Counted from the stretch's first letter, positions 19,420 to 29,086 are shown. The stretch is DNA of 64,000 nt from an uncultured Trueperaceae bacterium (GCA_963799485.1 CAWCXJ010000007.1:96001-160000), one strand, 5' to 3'. Notes: generated from the letters alone by a model not told the origin. Translations and numbers: made by a program.

Positions 19420-19963
19420 GGCTGGTGCTTCGACTTTGAGGGCGTAAAGCTGCGGACACGGCTCTTTGCGGGGACGTTTTCGGATTGTCTTATAGCAGCA
19501 GGCGTTTTTTGACAAAGCGTTTCAAAGTGTCTGCACTAAACGACTTGCCCAGAGCGTGTTCCAATTCTGCTCTTGCCACGGCGCGTTGCTGGTTCAGGTT
19601 ACCGTCAGCGGCGGGCCATCTGCGGTGGTGACCTGGCTCGGCAATCACCGCTTTGACCTTTTCAAGGTCAGCCTCCGCGAGAATTGGTTTGCGTCCCCTA
19701 CCCGAGAGGTTTTTCAGCCCTTCAATACTGCGCTGCTTGTAACGTTTCAGCCACATGCTGACTGTGACCTGGTTACAACTCAACTGCTCCGCAACCTCTA
19801 CCGGGGTGCGCCGCTCGCTCTACACCCCTTTACACCGCTGCCGATAGCTATGTGCCTTACCTTTGCGATACTCGCGCTCCCGGGCTTGGCGCTCCGCTTC
19901 GTTCAGCTCAACAAGCTTGACGCGTCCCATCTCAACACCTTGGCTTGTTTCTGCGCAGGTACT
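19411..19963 (-). mobile_element. IS630-family remnant (5' half)
   Basis: MGRVKLVELNEAER…QRCKGV*…WLKRY…GRGRKPIL…TLKRFVKK, then a shifted frame YKTIRKRPRK across an A6C slippery site. No DDE domain remains. Confidence 0.85.
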
Positions 19964-19966
19964 AAG

Positions 19967-20551
19967 CTAAGCAGCGGCTCTGGCAACCGTGGCGACATAC
20001 ACCTGTCCGGCCCCGGCCCCTAAAAGCGTCAACGCACATTCGGTGACGGTAGCGCCGCTCGTCATCACATCATCTACGAGCAGCACCCGCTCGCCGCTGA
20101 GCTGCTGCGAGTGAAACGCTCTTGACACGTTGTCCTCGCGCGCGGCTGCGCCGAGTTTCGCCTGCTGCTGCGTCGTGCGGACGCGCCGCAGCAGGGGGCG
20201 ATAAGTGAGACCGCTATGGGCTGCTGCGCTCTGGGCAACGAGCGCCGACTGGTTATAGCCCCGGTGCAAGTAGCGCGTCACGTGAAGGGGTACCGCGCAC
20301 AACGTATCGACGGGCCACGCCGCCGCTGCCAGTGTAGTGGCTAGCTGTCGTCCGAAAAGTCCGCCGAGCTGCCTTGTGCCGTGAAACTTGTAGGCGCGCA
20401 CAGCGCGCTCCAACTGCCCCCCGTAAACCCCGAGTGAAAGCTCGAAAGGCCCTATCTCCGGTTCGAACAAGCCTTCGGCGCAGCCTTTGCAAATACCGTC
20501 ACGTCCGCTTCCGGCGGTGTGGCAAACAGGGCAGCGAATAAGTCCGTACAT
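19967..20551 (-). CDS. comF: ComF-family phosphoribosyltransferase-like competence protein
   Basis: Zn ribbon CPVC…CKGC, RGYNQS and LLVDDVMTSGAT. Confidence 0.9.
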   Translation of the reverse strand: MYGLIRCPVCHTAGSGRDGICKGCAEGLFEPEIGPFELSLGVYGGQLERAVRAYKFHGTRQLGGLFGRQLATTLAAAAWPVDTLCAVPLHVTRYLHRGYNQSALVAQSAAAHSGLTYRPLLRRVRTTQQQAKLGAAAREDNVSRAFHSQQLSGERVLLVDDVMTSGATVTECALTLLGAGAGQVYVATVARAAA

Positions 20552-20655
20552 CTACCCAGCTTAGTTACCCGACTCTGCTCGACCGGGTGAAATTGACCGC
20601 GAACTTGTCAGTGTGACTTTTTATACGTATCTGGTTGTGGCGTCTAACTATGGCG

Positions 20656-21675
20656 TCAGGTACGGCGCTGCGCGACCTCGGCGAGGGTGTTCAAGATAGT
20701 CTCGGCTGCTCGTTCCGAAAGGTTTTCAAAACATGTTTGTAAAAGCTTCAAGCCGAAATCGGCTTTTTTTTCGGCAACTCCTTGCGCGTAAGCGAGTGAC
20801 CCCGACGCACGCAAGTGCAAGAGCACCCGTTCGACTTCGGTGTAGGTCTTGTGGGCTCGAGGTTTCCCCAAAAGTTCCTTGACCTCGTCCTGCAGCGCAG
20901 GTGCAGCGTGAGCGAAAAAATGCGCCAGCACGAGCGTGCGTTTTCCTTCAAAGAGGTCACCTGCAAACTCTTTGCCGTAAGACACATCGTTCATCAGGTT
21001 CAGTACGTCGTCGCGGATTTGAAAGGCGACGCCGAGCGCACGTCCGGCTTCCATCAACCTGGGGTCGGGGTCGGCTCCCGCGCAGAGTGCGCCCAGTGTA
21101 AGCGGCCCTACGACCGTGTAGTACGCCGACTTGAGCGTGACCATCGCCAGGTAATCGGTTTCGGTGACGTCAAAGCGCCCTTCGGCAACCCAGGCAAGAT
21201 CAAGATGCTGCCCCTCGGCGGTGCGTGAAATCATCTCGTCAAAGGTCTCGACGATGCGCTCTCCCTGTGCGCCCATACGCTGTGTATGACGGAGCAGCGT
21301 CCGCCACATATAGATATGCAGCGCGTCGCCGACGTTGAGGGCGACCGGCACACCGACCTGTTTGTGCAGCGCCGGACGCCCGCGCCGGTCTTCGGAATCG
21401 TCTTCGATGTCGTCGTGGATCAAGACCCAGTTTTGAAACAGCTCCAAAGCTGCTGCCACACCCAAACCCTGCTGCCACGGTGCGCCGTGGGCAGCGGTCG
21501 AAAGAAGTAGCAAGAGACCGCGCAAGCGTTTGCCGCCGCGTTCCGGGTAGTCTCGTAAAAGTGTGTAAAACTGCTTCAGGTCGGGTAGCGGATGCGACGC
21601 GGGAAGTTCACGGAAGATGGCGGCGTCCAGCTCGGTTTGAAGGGGCTCGAGGTCAAAAACATGTGAGACGCTCAC
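20656..21675 (-). CDS. Polyprenyl diphosphate synthase (GGPP synthase-like)
   Basis: GGKRLR, first Asp-rich motif LIHDDIEDDSEDRRG, and FQIRDDVLN. Confidence 0.92.
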   Translation of the reverse strand: MSVSHVFDLEPLQTELDAAIFRELPASHPLPDLKQFYTLLRDYPERGGKRLRGLLLLLSTAAHGAPWQQGLGVAAALELFQNWVLIHDDIEDDSEDRRGRPALHKQVGVPVALNVGDALHIYMWRTLLRHTQRMGAQGERIVETFDEMISRTAEGQHLDLAWVAEGRFDVTETDYLAMVTLKSAYYTVVGPLTLGALCAGADPDPRLMEAGRALGVAFQIRDDVLNLMNDVSYGKEFAGDLFEGKRTLVLAHFFAHAAPALQDEVKELLGKPRAHKTYTEVERVLLHLRASGSLAYAQGVAEKKADFGLKLLQTCFENLSERAAETILNTLAEVAQRRT

Positions 21676-21752
21676 GAGCCTGAGTATAGCAAGCTGGGTG
21701 TTACTGCCCGTAGGGAGCGGCTAGTCGAAACGGCAAATGAGCGCTTAAAGCC

Positions 21753-22403
21753 TCAGGGAAGCACCTTTGCGGGGTCGGCTAGAGTTTCCTCGAGCTGCCC
21801 CGTTTCAACCTTGACCGCAAGTTCCGGCTTGGGCGTCAGCGCTGCTAAAAAAGCCTCGTCTACGTGACCTATACCGATAGCAATCAGGGTGATGCCTTGC
21901 GCCCGCGCCAACCGCGCAGCCGCGAGGGTCGCTTCCCGGCTGTTGGGCATGCCGTCGGTAACGAGCAGGATGGTCTTGTCACCGGGCCGCCGCCGAAGCT
22001 GCTTTGTTGCCAACCTGATCGCCTGGGCCATCGCGGTACGTCCGGCGGGCTCGAGCGCCCTCAGTTGCGCCTCAAAACGCGCCGCGTCGCACGACGCCCG
22101 CAATAGGAGTGCGGCGCGGTTGGCAAAGCCGATAATCCCGACCGCGTACTCACGTTTTCGCGCTTCGGCAAAAAGGTGTAACGAGCCCCGTCTGAGTCCC
22201 TCCATCTTGCCCTTGTCGGACATGCTAGCAGACGTGTCGAGAAGCAGATAAACGGTGCCGCAAAGGTGCGGTTGCCGGGTGAGCGCACCGAACCCGCCCC
22301 TGACCAAGCCCGTTGCCGGCTTGACCTGCCTGACCAGTGCGTCGCCAGCTTGCCCAAGCGTAACGCCGGTCTCAACCTGTTCGTCTTTGCGCTCACTTTT
22401 TAT
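21753..22403 (-). CDS. Stand-alone vWA-domain protein (start uncertain: ATA 22403 or TTG 22307)
   Basis: MIDAS elements LLDTSASM, GRT and VTDG. Confidence 0.8.
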   Translation of the reverse strand: MKSERKDEQVETGVTLGQAGDALVRQVKPATGLVRGGFGALTRQPHLCGTVYLLLDTSASMSDKGKMEGLRRGSLHLFAEARKREYAVGIIGFANRAALLLRASCDAARFEAQLRALEPAGRTAMAQAIRLATKQLRRRPGDKTILLVTDGMPNSREATLAAARLARAQGITLIAIGIGHVDEAFLAALTPKPELAVKVETGQLEETLADPAKVLP

Positions 22404-22590
22404 AACGCAATCTTACCGCACAGGTACACGCCGGTTCTAGTACGGTACGCAACCTATAGCAGGCGTTGGGCGGCTTGGCCAGAGTCGAGTCCCGGGAGCA
22501 GTTTCCAAGGAGAGCTTCGTAGCCGCTAGAGCGTTTCATGCGCTATTTGGTAAGCGCTGCCTGCTGCTAAGCTAATCATGGAGGTCAAAA

Positions 22591-23067
22591 ATGAAGGTAT
22601 TTCTAAAACGCACAGTCCTTGCCGTAGCGCTCATGATAGGGTTTGCGGCGGTTGCGGCACAAACAGCTGCGCCCGAGGTCGCGGGCCTCATCACCCGCGA
22701 AAGCCCCCACGATATCGCCGGAACGATGACGCGGCTCGAGCAGGCTTTGGAAACAAACGGCCTGACGGTCGTCGCTACGGTCGACCACAGTGCGAACGCT
22801 GCGGGTGCGGGACTTACGTTGCCGCCGACCTACCTCGTCATCTTCGGCAACCCGAACGCCGGAACCCCGCTGATGCAACAGTCGCGTACCATCGCCATCG
22901 ACCTGCCGCAAAAGATGCTCGTCTGGGAAGACGCGGGTACGGTTTACGTGGCGTACAACGACCCGGCGTACCTCGCCGCGCGGCACGGTCTAGACCCCCA
23001 GGGTGAAGGGATTACCAACATCGCTGCGGCGCTCAGCGGACTTGCAAAAGCGGCGACGGCACCCTGA
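22591..23067 (+). CDS. DUF302-family exported protein
   Basis: Signal peptide, VDHSANAAGAG, FGNPNAGTPLMQ and DLPQKMLVW. Confidence 0.88.
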   Translation: MKVFLKRTVLAVALMIGFAAVAAQTAAPEVAGLITRESPHDIAGTMTRLEQALETNGLTVVATVDHSANAAGAGLTLPPTYLVIFGNPNAGTPLMQQSRTIAIDLPQKMLVWEDAGTVYVAYNDPAYLAARHGLDPQGEGITNIAAALSGLAKAATAP

Positions 23068-23101
23068 ACAGAGGTTGTCATAGTCAACCCGAGCCCGGAG
23101 T

Positions 23102-23479
23102 TCATATCAGAGCCGGTAGCTGCGACACTTCGTTTGGAAGCTGGACTGAAGGCCTCTTAGGCTGGTGAGTATAGGCGATCAGACCAGCTATGAGGTTAAC
23201 CGCGAAATTGGTCGGACTCCGGTGCCGGGTATGCTCGATTTGAGAGCTGTTTTTAAGCTGGTCATTGATCGTCTCGATATAGTACCCGCACTAGCGGGGG
23301 CCTGGTGGCCCTATACTGATGAAACGCTTGCGGAGCAAAAGCCTGTCGGCAAGCGGTATGAATCTGGCTTTCATGTTTTTACGCAGCGAGGTGATCAGCG
23401 CTAATTTACGTTGATATAGAGTCTCGAATAGAGTTTGAGAAAGATAACCCTTAGCTCCGAAAGGCTTGCCGACCAGCTT
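23102..23479 (-). mobile_element. IS982-family transposase 3' remnant with a 39-bp insertion
   Basis: Minus translation GKPFGAKGYLSQ…LRKNMK…LLRKRFI[insert][10 protein letters not shown]…IEHTRHRS…NLIAGLIAY. The track ORF 23165-23404 is its antisense shadow. Confidence 0.88.
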
Positions 23480-23547
23480 TTGCCTTTGGGTGGCGGGTGC
23501 AACACAAGCGTTCCCCGGTCGAACGTCAGCCTGCTGCCTCTTGGCAT
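23470..23547 (-). pseudogene. 5' stub of a probable DEAD/DEAH (XPB-like) helicase fused to IS982 DNA
   Basis: TAGCCT-6 nt-ATG, then MPRGSRLTFDRGTLVLHPPPKGKSW. From recall, this resembles N-termini of bacterial superfamily-II helicases. Confidence 0.5.
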
Positions 23548-23632
23548 GACTTTAGGCTAGCACGGGCTGAGGTGGATTTTGGTAGCCGTTTGGAAAGCGC
23601 AACCCGCTGCTCGCGCTGTAGGGATTTTACGG

Positions 23633-23672
23633 GCAACCCCTCGAGACCAGGGCTCGAGGGGTTGCTTTATTT
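23633..23672. terminator. Perfect 13-bp hairpin, probable terminator
   Basis: GCAACCCCTCGAG-accaggg-CTCGAGGGGTTGC followed by TTTATTT. Confidence 0.65.
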
Positions 23673-23698
23673 CTGAAAAAGCTTAACGTTTATAGCTA

Positions 23699-24226
23699 TC
23701 ACTCAAACTCTACTTCGACATCTAGGCTGTTTTCGACCCCTGTTCCAGGCAAACCCGCTGCCTCTCTCTGACTTGCTGCTATCAGCGTAACTGAGCCAGG
23801 TTCTGTTGACGTAAACGAGAAGGTGTGTTTCAAAACAACTCCTTCGCCATTCTCAACAATCTGCTCGCCAAAAACCTTCCGGTAACTCTGCCCTTCAGCG
23901 ATGACAATATAAGAAGGAAGTGGTAAATCTTCAAGTGAACATAGACCTCCTCTAGCTTGAATAGGTTGGTCGGCAGTTCGGCTAAAACATGCACCGAGCC
24001 GAAAACTATAGACGATGAGATCAGGCGAAGATGCATCTCCGAGATTGACAAAGCCACCTGTCAAGGTCACTGTAACTTGCTCTCCCACAACTGCTTGAGG
24101 CTTGCTCACGGTAATACTCAAGGGTTCCATAAACCTGCCGTCAACGCGCCTTGTACACGCCGAAAGAGCAAACACGAGCACGACTACCAACAGAAAAATC
24201 TTTCGTACCTCAAATATCTTTAGCAT
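23699..24226 (-). CDS. Uncharacterised lipoprotein
   Basis: Lipobox LSAC, beta-rich body and two further Cys. Its ATG overlaps the reconstructed stop of the upstream protease pseudogene. Confidence 0.75.
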   Translation of the reverse strand: MLKIFEVRKIFLLVVVLVFALSACTRRVDGRFMEPLSITVSKPQAVVGEQVTVTLTGGFVNLGDASSPDLIVYSFRLGACFSRTADQPIQARGGLCSLEDLPLPSYIVIAEGQSYRKVFGEQIVENGEGVVLKHTFSFTSTEPGSVTLIAASQREAAGLPGTGVENSLDVEVEFE

Positions 24227-24675
24227 CCGTCACCAGCCCAAGTCCCCAGATTGTATTTTTTAACAACGCAGTAATTGACCAGCTGAGCGCTGGTTAACCG
24301 AGGCTTGAACATGTTTTTCCACACATCACCAAAGTCGGCTGTGATGCGCCCATTGTTAAAAACTGTGCGACATCACGATACCTTACGCTGATATCAGAGC
24401 TTGACGGCTTTACGGGGTCGATAGAAGACGATTCTCTATTTAAGAGGATTTCTGTGCTGTGGCTGTCAGTAATATCCATGAGAAACTGGGCCACACTACC
24501 TGGTCTATGGCTGCCTAAAGTTTGACTATTACCAGTGGTAGGTCTGAATTCTGGGTCGAAACTATAGTCAACCCGCGCTCCTAGTGCTCTTGTTGAAACG
24601 TTCTCGAACCAGAGGGCAAAACCCTCGAGCATACCTGCACAAAGCCCTTCGATTGCCCACGGCTCCCAGCCGAGA
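24220..24675 (-). pseudogene. 3' part of the interrupted lipoprotein metalloprotease
   Basis: Starts LGWEPWAIEGLCAGMLEGFA, continuing the 5' part. A frameshift near 24360 restores FNNGRITADFGDVWKN…GDGC*. Confidence 0.7.
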
Positions 24676-25750
24676 CAGGGCAACCGCAAAGTCAAGCAGT
24701 GAGGAGCTTAAGCAAATAAGCGCGATCCCAGCCTGCACGTAGGCGCTTAGCCTCGACGCCTGCTTTGATGGACTTGTCGCGTTTAAGCAAGTTGACAGCA
24801 AGATGCCTAAGTGCGACCCAGGTAGCTTGGGCGTTTTTGAGACGTGCCCGTGAGCGGTCTTCGTCAAACGCTACATCGAGAACCCAGTGCAAGCCGTTTT
24901 CGACGCCCCAGTGCAAGCGGGCTGCACGTAGGGCACGCTCAGCATCGAGCGGCAAACTGGTAATGAAGTAACGGCTGTGCGTGGTTGTATAGGTGCCGAC
25001 GGTACGAGTTGCGTGAACGCGCACGATGCCGGTCAAGTCGCGCCAAGTTTCACGCTCGTGCAACCACTCGGGAACGGGTAAAACCCAGCATTCACGGGTC
25101 TCTTCACGCCCATGCCTCTGTTCGGTAGTCTTGGTACGGCTGTGTTCAATGTCCCAGTTAACCTTGTCGGCATAAGCAAAGAAATCCTTGGCATCTGCGT
25201 AGAGCGTTGGATGGTTGTCTTTGAGCGCTAGCAGGTAGTGTGCGTGATGCTCTCTAGCTGTCCAGGCTATCTGTTTCTGACAACCCAGGGCGTCTGTAGT
25301 GACAACCGCCCCGGCGGGGTTTACAACTTCTAAAAGCTCAGGAATGACCGTGATCTCGTTTGTTTTCTCAGGTACTTGCTGCTGGGTCGGCACAACTTCG
25401 AACTGGCTCGACCAAACACTGACAGTATGCAAAGCCCCTCCACCCTCGCTTAAAGAGCCTCTTACCGTCTTGCCGTCCACCGCAAGCACTTCATCCTCCC
25501 TTTCGGCGGGCGCGGGTAGCCCTAGAGTCTGTGTCCAAGACAAAAAGCGGGTCTGCCAAGCAGTAGGATGCAATATCGCAAACAACCGCTCGAAGGTATC
25601 TTGACTTGGAATACCCGACGAAAGCCTGAGAAACTCTCGCAACCACACTTCTTGCGCTAGGGCGTACTGATGTATCTGACTGTAAGTATTAGCTCCGCAA
25701 ATGACCGCCAAAATGCTGATACATACGATGTCTACCAGCTCATGCCGAAT
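24676..25750 (-). mobile_element. ISAs1-family element, 5'-truncated (transposase ORF 24692-25711)
   Basis: AVICGA, PSQDTF, AVDGKT, TTDALGCQ, LKDNH and HWGVENGLHWVLDVAFDED. Terminal CAGGGCAACCGCA at 24676-24688. The left end is missing. Confidence 0.93.
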
Positions 25751-25751
25751 C

Positions 25752-27189
25752 CTAGTGGCTCAGGTTGAAAAGTGCTCGAATCAGAGGGCAAAACCGTTCG
25801 AGCATACCTGCACAAAGCCCTTCGATTGCCCACGGCTCCCAGCCGAGAGCACCTAAACACGCTGGATAAGTCGGGAGCTGTCCGCGAAGTGTGACGTTCT
25901 GGTGAAGCCGTTCATATTCCGCTCCACCCAACATCCTCCGGTAGTAAACTTCATGACCGAACTCATGAAAAATCAAGGGATCATATCTAGCCCCGGCACT
26001 AGGAATATGCGTCCGACCAACGCCGGACAAGCCGCCAACCCCAATGTAAGGGTAGTAGGTATCCAACGGAAAGGTGTTGTAAAGGTTGTGCGACCTTCTT
26101 TCCCAACCGTAAACTTGATTTATCTTCCAAAACAACCGTTGAGAATCTATGCTAAGTGTATTTCCGTCAGTTCTTACAACAGTTCCGCGTATGTTGTCTG
26201 CATTGAACACTTTTCCACCGGCAGCAATATCTTTTTTCCAAGCAAAAAGCTTTTCCTTAGAAAAGATATCCTTTCCGGTGTGGATATACATGCCGGTGTT
26301 AATCCACGAATCAACCTGAAAACTTACTCTTGTGCTGCAGCTATAGCTGAACTCTACACGACCGTAATCACCGACGTACCGAACTTGTACCGGCTCCGAA
26401 TGAGTATCTATTCTTACTCTGGTACCTTTGATATGGGCAGTAGGATTCTGATCTACAATCGTTTTCAAAGTAATGTATGTCGGCTTGGCGGTACAAGCCT
26501 GTGAAGTAAGTGCTGGCGAACTCTGTAGTGTGGCAGTCTCAATTGTATCTGTGCCGCCATCAAGGACAACAGCATCAAACTTCTTCTCGAGTTTCCCATC
26601 GACGTTTTTGAACTGAACGCCGTCCAAAATATACGCTTTTGGAGGGCTGGGGTCTTCGTTAAACGTTTCAATTTCTGCTTCGGTTCTGGCAACCGGCAAA
26701 GTCTCGTAGTATTCGTTTACAGTTAGCGGCTCACCTGCAGGTTTTTTGTCTTGCGTTTGTAGTTCTGCTCCTTCGATATATGGTTCTTCAAAGTTGGTGT
26801 AAAGAGAACCCATAAGCGTTGCACCGTTGCTACTAAAGGCACTAACATGAAGCGCATCTAGCGCGGGTTGTGTTGCGCGAGCGCTCAACCTAACCTGGGC
26901 ACGTCCAGCTGAATCGGTCGTCAGCTTTGCTTGTGTAACGCTGGGAATTATCCCGCCACCGACTATCTCAAGCTCGAGCTCCTCGTTAGGCGCGGCGTTT
27001 GTTATATCGATGGCAACCGGGAAGGAGTCTCCGAGCGGAATGCTGTTGTCAAGCGATTCCACTGTCAGGGTCGGCGTACTACTTTCTTGTGCTGCTACGA
27101 GCTGTCGTGGTACTGGCGCTTCCGGCACCGCGCGGCATCCGGCAAGTGCCAGACTACCCAAAGAGAAAAAGACTATGTATTGGCTTCAC
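25752..27189 (-). pseudogene. 5' part of a lipoprotein zinc metalloprotease (HExxH)
   Basis: Lipobox LAGC, Ig-like N-terminal region and IFHEFGHEVY. The signal peptide is frameshifted between GTG 27189 and 27161, and the gene is cut by ISAs1. Confidence 0.75.
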
Positions 27190-27414
27190 ACCAGTTCCTT
27201 TTAGACCAGTGATTTACTAAGCGCCTCAGGTAGATAGATTGCGTTTTCTAAAATCCGCTTAGTTGAGCAAAGTGTAAAGTTAATCCAACTTATTTGCTAC
27301 TTATTTTCCTCATTTTTATTTTCATCTTTTCTTAATTTTTCCCAGTGTGTTGCTCGAGACACACAAACAAATGCCGCCGAAGCGTAGCGGCATTTGTTTC
27401 TCAACCATTTTCGC

Positions 27415-28227
27415 CTAGGTACGTTTAGGGCTCTGAGATTTTTTAGCCCGGAGCTTCTCCGGCGATACCTCTTCATAGCCGCCCTCATCGTAGGCGATGT
27501 CTACCGTGCCCTTAAGAACGTTGAGTTTGACCACGCGCCCACACGCGCCGGTTTCGGTATGGCACGCTTTGGTGCCTTTCTTGGGCAAATCCGCGAGCAG
27601 TTCACGGTACATGTCGTGCTCGAACTGCAAACAGCACATAAGTCGTCCGCAGGGGCCGCTGATCTTTTCAGGGTTTAAGGGGAGCTGCTGGTCACGCGCC
27701 ATCCGAATCGAAACGGTGCTAAAACTTTGCAGCCAGGTCGAGCAGCACGAACCGCTGCCGCACGCGCCCAACGTCCCGATGATGCGCGCCTGGTCACGCG
27801 GGCCGACGTTTTCGAACTCGAGCCTGGCACTCGTCAACGGTGAGAGGTCTTGGACGAGCGGGCGCAAAGACACCTGCTGTTCGGTGCTGTAGGTAATGAG
27901 CAGCAAAGACTCGTCGAGAGTGAACTCGAGCTGCACGATTTTAAGCGGCAGATTACGTTCGCGGGCTCGCGCCTTGAGCAGCCATTTAAGCTCTTCGGCC
28001 TTCTCATTAAGCCGCGCAAAACGCTCGAGGTCGTCGGGTTGCGCGGTGCGGACGAAGTGCCCGCTCGGTTTCTCGGAATGGCAGACCACCGTGCGAACGA
28101 GGCCTAGCTCGAGACCGCGCCGGGTCGAAACCACGCAGCGCGCGCCGACCGCCGGAGCCTGCGTAGGTACCTCGAGATAGTGAAGTTTCGGCCCATTGTC
28201 GAACCGAACACCGATACAGTCGGGCAT
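27415..28227 (-). CDS. ricT: PSP1-domain protein RicT/YaaT
   Basis: RGLELG, CGSGSCC and MARDQQLPLNPEKISGPCGRLMCCLQFE. Confidence 0.88.
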   Translation of the reverse strand: MPDCIGVRFDNGPKLHYLEVPTQAPAVGARCVVSTRRGLELGLVRTVVCHSEKPSGHFVRTAQPDDLERFARLNEKAEELKWLLKARARERNLPLKIVQLEFTLDESLLLITYSTEQQVSLRPLVQDLSPLTSARLEFENVGPRDQARIIGTLGACGSGSCCSTWLQSFSTVSIRMARDQQLPLNPEKISGPCGRLMCCLQFEHDMYRELLADLPKKGTKACHTETGACGRVVKLNVLKGTVDIAYDEGGYEEVSPEKLRAKKSQSPKRT

Positions 28228-28341
28228 AAAAGCCTCCAGTTACGCCGCACGAACCCAGCCGGGGCCGTGCAGCGAGAAAAAGTTAGATACTCCCCGGCTC
28301 CAGTATATAAACCAGAACGCCCGGAACCTAGTCGGCGGATG

Positions 28342-28983
28342 TCAGCGGGTGTGCCCCCGCCCGACAACCGGCGCAAAACTGAGGCGGTGCTGCGGACTCG
28401 GGCCGTGTTCGGCGAGGGCGCGCAGATGCGCGGGGGCACCGTAGCCTTTATGCGAGGCGAACCCGTAGCGGGCGTCACGGGCGTGCAGGTCTATCATCCA
28501 CGCGTCACGCGCTGTTTTGGCGAGGATGCTCGCCGCCGCAACCTGCAGGCTTTGTGCGTCGGCTTTGGGGGGCGCGGACACCGGGCCGGGAAAGCTGAGT
28601 TTAAGGTAGTCCGTCACGAGCGCGTCTACGGGGGCCGCCAACGCAGCGAGCGCCCTGAGCGCCGCCAGATGCGTGGCGTGCAGGACGTTTACGGCGTCGA
28701 CTTCGGCGGCGCTGGCCTGCCCGACACCCCACGCCAAGGCAATTTGTTTAATCTGCGCGGCGAACACCTCGCGCTGACTCGGCAAAAGCTTTTTAGAATC
28801 GTCGAAAGGGAAATCGCCGTAAGGGAGCAAGACGGCAGCCGCAACGACCGGCCCTGCCAACGCCCCACGCCCCGCCTCATCGATTCCGGCGACGCGGGCG
28901 TAACCGCGCGCCCAGAGGAGACGCTTGAGTCCCCACCCCGCCCCCGATATAACGCCTTTCTTTTTGGCGGCTTCCGGTAGCAC
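28342..28983 (-). CDS. rnhB: Ribonuclease HII
   Basis: AGIDEAGRGALAGPV, DSKKL, AAASILAK, HKGYG and HRLSF. Leaderless GTG start 6 nt after TAGACT. Confidence 0.96.
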   Translation of the reverse strand: MLPEAAKKKGVISGAGWGLKRLLWARGYARVAGIDEAGRGALAGPVVAAAVLLPYGDFPFDDSKKLLPSQREVFAAQIKQIALAWGVGQASAAEVDAVNVLHATHLAALRALAALAAPVDALVTDYLKLSFPGPVSAPPKADAQSLQVAAASILAKTARDAWMIDLHARDARYGFASHKGYGAPAHLRALAEHGPSPQHRLSFAPVVGRGHTR

Positions 28984-29086
28984 CCCCAAAGTCTAACGCG
29001 CAGCCGGTGAACTTACGTTTAGCCGAAGGTGGAAATGCCCAAGCGAGCCCTGCCGCCCGGTTTGAACTCCACCAAGACCCGGCTTC

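Noticed and set aside
21753..22403. vWA gene as part of a MoxR or ter-type stress system
   Set aside because: No MoxR ATPase, kinase or phosphatase is nearby, and the TerC gene is 9 kb away under its own riboswitch.
23165..23404. 79-aa plus-strand ORF
   Set aside because: It is the antisense reading of the IS982 transposase remnant.
27200..27414. AT-rich stretch and 63-aa ORF 27297-27488
   Set aside because: Low-complexity island boundary or promoter region, and the ORF overlaps ricT out of frame.
27415..28227. ricT without ricA/ricF as a novelty
   Set aside because: PSP1/RicT proteins are known to be more widespread than their partners, which may also lie elsewhere in the genome.
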